This document shows, in pieces, positions 6,241 through 7,694 of a stretch of 7,694 nt of DNA; within the stretch, counting starts at the first letter, position 1, and each line of letters starts with the position of its first letter. The DNA comes from Chlorokybus atmophyticus. Lineage: Eukaryota; Plantae; Mesostigma and Chlorokybus algae. The notes under the pieces were generated by a model. It worked only from the letters and a program-made list of their open reading frames with translations, did not search any database and was not told the DNA's origin. The stretch covers positions 1-7,694 of the forward strand of contig RHPI01000461.1 in NCBI GenBank assembly GCA_009103225.1. The letters run 5' to 3'. The position numbers and the translations under genes are program-made.

Positions 6241-7694
6241 GACAGCCAGGGACGGGGACTACCGCGCGCCAAGGAAGAGCAAGCGGACTCTGTGGCCTTC
6301 TACACACGAGACAAATACAAGAAATTAAGCAACTATGAAGACAAGAACAAGGCGAAAGGCAGCAACTTAAAGTTCAAGAATCTCACATGCCACTATTGTG
6401 GTATTAAAGGACATATCTCAAAGGATTGTCGTAAGCGCCAACGAGAGCAATCTGAAGCAGGCACCAGTAGCAACGCTCAACGCAAAGAAAAGGGTGTTGC
6501 ATTTACTGCCTCAAGGAAGTTTGATACAACTTCATGGGCAATTGACTCAGGCTGTGACCAGCATCTCACACCGCACAAGGAGGTGATTGAAAACTACAGG
6601 AAGATGTCAACCACAAGGAAGGTGGAAGGCTTTAGTGGTCACGAGTTGGAAGCAATAGGAGTTGGTGAAGTGAGGCTTCAATGCAAAATTGGTGATGGTG
6701 AGAGAGAGGTGGTACTGCGTGAAGTATTGCACGTACCTGGAGCTGCTGCAAGCTTGTTTTCTGTGAGAGTTGCTGAGCGCGTGGGAGCTGAGATAGTGAT
6801 CCGGGAGGGAAGCTGCTCCGTACGCATGGATGGGGTCGAGTACATGATCGGCACCCAACAAGGAGGGCTCTACATTGTGGAGCAGACTCATGGCAGCAAG
6901 GCCATGATTGTGAAGAAGAAGGAGACGGCTGAGCTTTGGCATCGAAGGTTCGGGCATTTGGGCTATAGCAACCTCACACGCCTGGTCGCTAAAGACATGG
7001 TGAAGGGCATTACTGAGAGCAAGGAAGATTTTCAAGCGTCTTCAACTACGCTCTGTGAACCCTGTGTGTTGGCCAAGCAGCATCGCATGCCGTTCTCATC
7101 ATCTTCTTCAAGTAGCAAACATCCCTGCGAGCTTGTGCACATGGACGTTTGCGGGCCTATGCGCATTGTGGCGAAAGGAGGGGTAAGGTACTTTGCAACA
7201 TTCCTCGACGACTACAGCAAGCTTTCCATCGTCTTCCCTTTGATTCAAAAGTCAGAAGTCGCTGGAGCTGTGCGTACAGTCATTGCATTGCTTGAGATTC
7301 AATCGGGCAAGAAGATGAAAGCAATGAGAAGTGATCGAGGAGGGGAGTACATCAACGCCCAGCTCAAAGAGTTCTTCGCCAGCAAAGGCATACGGCATGA
7401 GACAACAGCACCATACACTCCGCAGCAGAATGGAGCAGCTGAACGTCTCAACCGAACGTTGTTGGAGCGTGTTCGAGCCATGCTCAATGACACCAAGTTG
7501 GAGGACAGTCTGTGGAAAGAGGCCGTTCTCACTGCCAACTACATCCGCAACCGTTCACCGATAAGCTCTGAGCAAAAGACTCCGTGGGAGCTCTTTTACG
7601 GTGAAGCGCCAGATGTGAGTGGCATGCGTGTGTTCGGATGTGTGGCATATGCACTTGTGCCAAGTCAATTGCGACACAAGTTGGAGCCGGTCAG
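6241..7694 (+). mobile_element. gag-pol: Ty1/Copia retrotransposon gag(C-terminus)-protease-integrase reading frame, 5'-truncated, runs off the right edge
   Basis: 484 stop-free codons in frame 1. Zinc knuckle CHYCGIKGHISKDC (6388-6429); protease WAIDSGCDQHL (Asp 6544); integrase HHCC LWHRRFGHLG (6940, 6955) and CEPC (7054-7065); catalytic D (HMDVCGP, 7144), D (RSDRGGEY, 7333) and E (QQNGAAER, 7441) with exact D-35-E spacing. Integrase directly after protease is the Copia order. Confidence 0.97.

Noticed and set aside
6038-6275. Non-autonomous Helitron on the minus strand (5' TC ... palindrome ... CTAG 3')
   Set aside because: The CTAG is part of the palindrome itself rather than about 10 nt downstream of a short hairpin, and copy 1 shows the arm continuing past it. 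The A/B-box register explains the structure better, though a Helitron is not formally excluded.
6038-6275. LTR plus PBS of the Copia element
   Set aside because: There is no TG...CA boundary or recognisable PBS, and most of gag is missing, so this is not the native 5' end.
6398-7564. Short ORFs 6398-6586, 6607-7035, 7299-7538, 7331-7564 and the antisense ORFs over 3773-5042
   Set aside because: These are shadow frames of the Copia polyprotein and of the RING gene.
1-7694. CRISPR array, rRNA or telomerase RNA template
   Set aside because: There is no repeat-spacer array or rRNA-like sequence, and no isolated CTAACCCTAAC template outside the array.

Overview
Eukaryotic, repeat-dense window containing two assembly gaps (n at 1307; 16 n at 5050-5065). 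From left to right: (1) the 5' part of a decayed minus-strand Ty3/Gypsy element (gag <1-478 with one in-frame stop, degenerate PBS 769-780, probable LTR 782-2167); (2) a composite repeat inside that LTR (864-1306); (3) a non-coding stretch with hairpins and a 10-bp-phased ATATG array (2185-2745); (4) a multi-exon gene with 51-58 nt introns encoding a coiled-coil + RING-finger protein, possibly with an upstream C2H2 zinc-finger exon (2866-5027); (5) a perfect 975-bp (CCCTAA)n telomeric array (5066-6040); (6) directly fused to it, a 46-bp perfect palindrome, a degenerate tRNA-Leu-like Pol III unit and a 5'-truncated but stop-free Ty1/Copia gag-PR-INT frame that runs off the right edge (absent from the ORF track). 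The most unusual structure is the telomere / palindrome / tRNA-like head / Copia junction. The palindrome centre falls exactly on the predicted +1 of the tRNA-like head. The same head+Copia junction occurs a second time at 864-1306, with the palindrome shortened in a different way. The organism cannot be determined from the sequence; TTAGGG telomeres, short CTRAY-branch introns and the Copia style would fit a green alga or a fungus.
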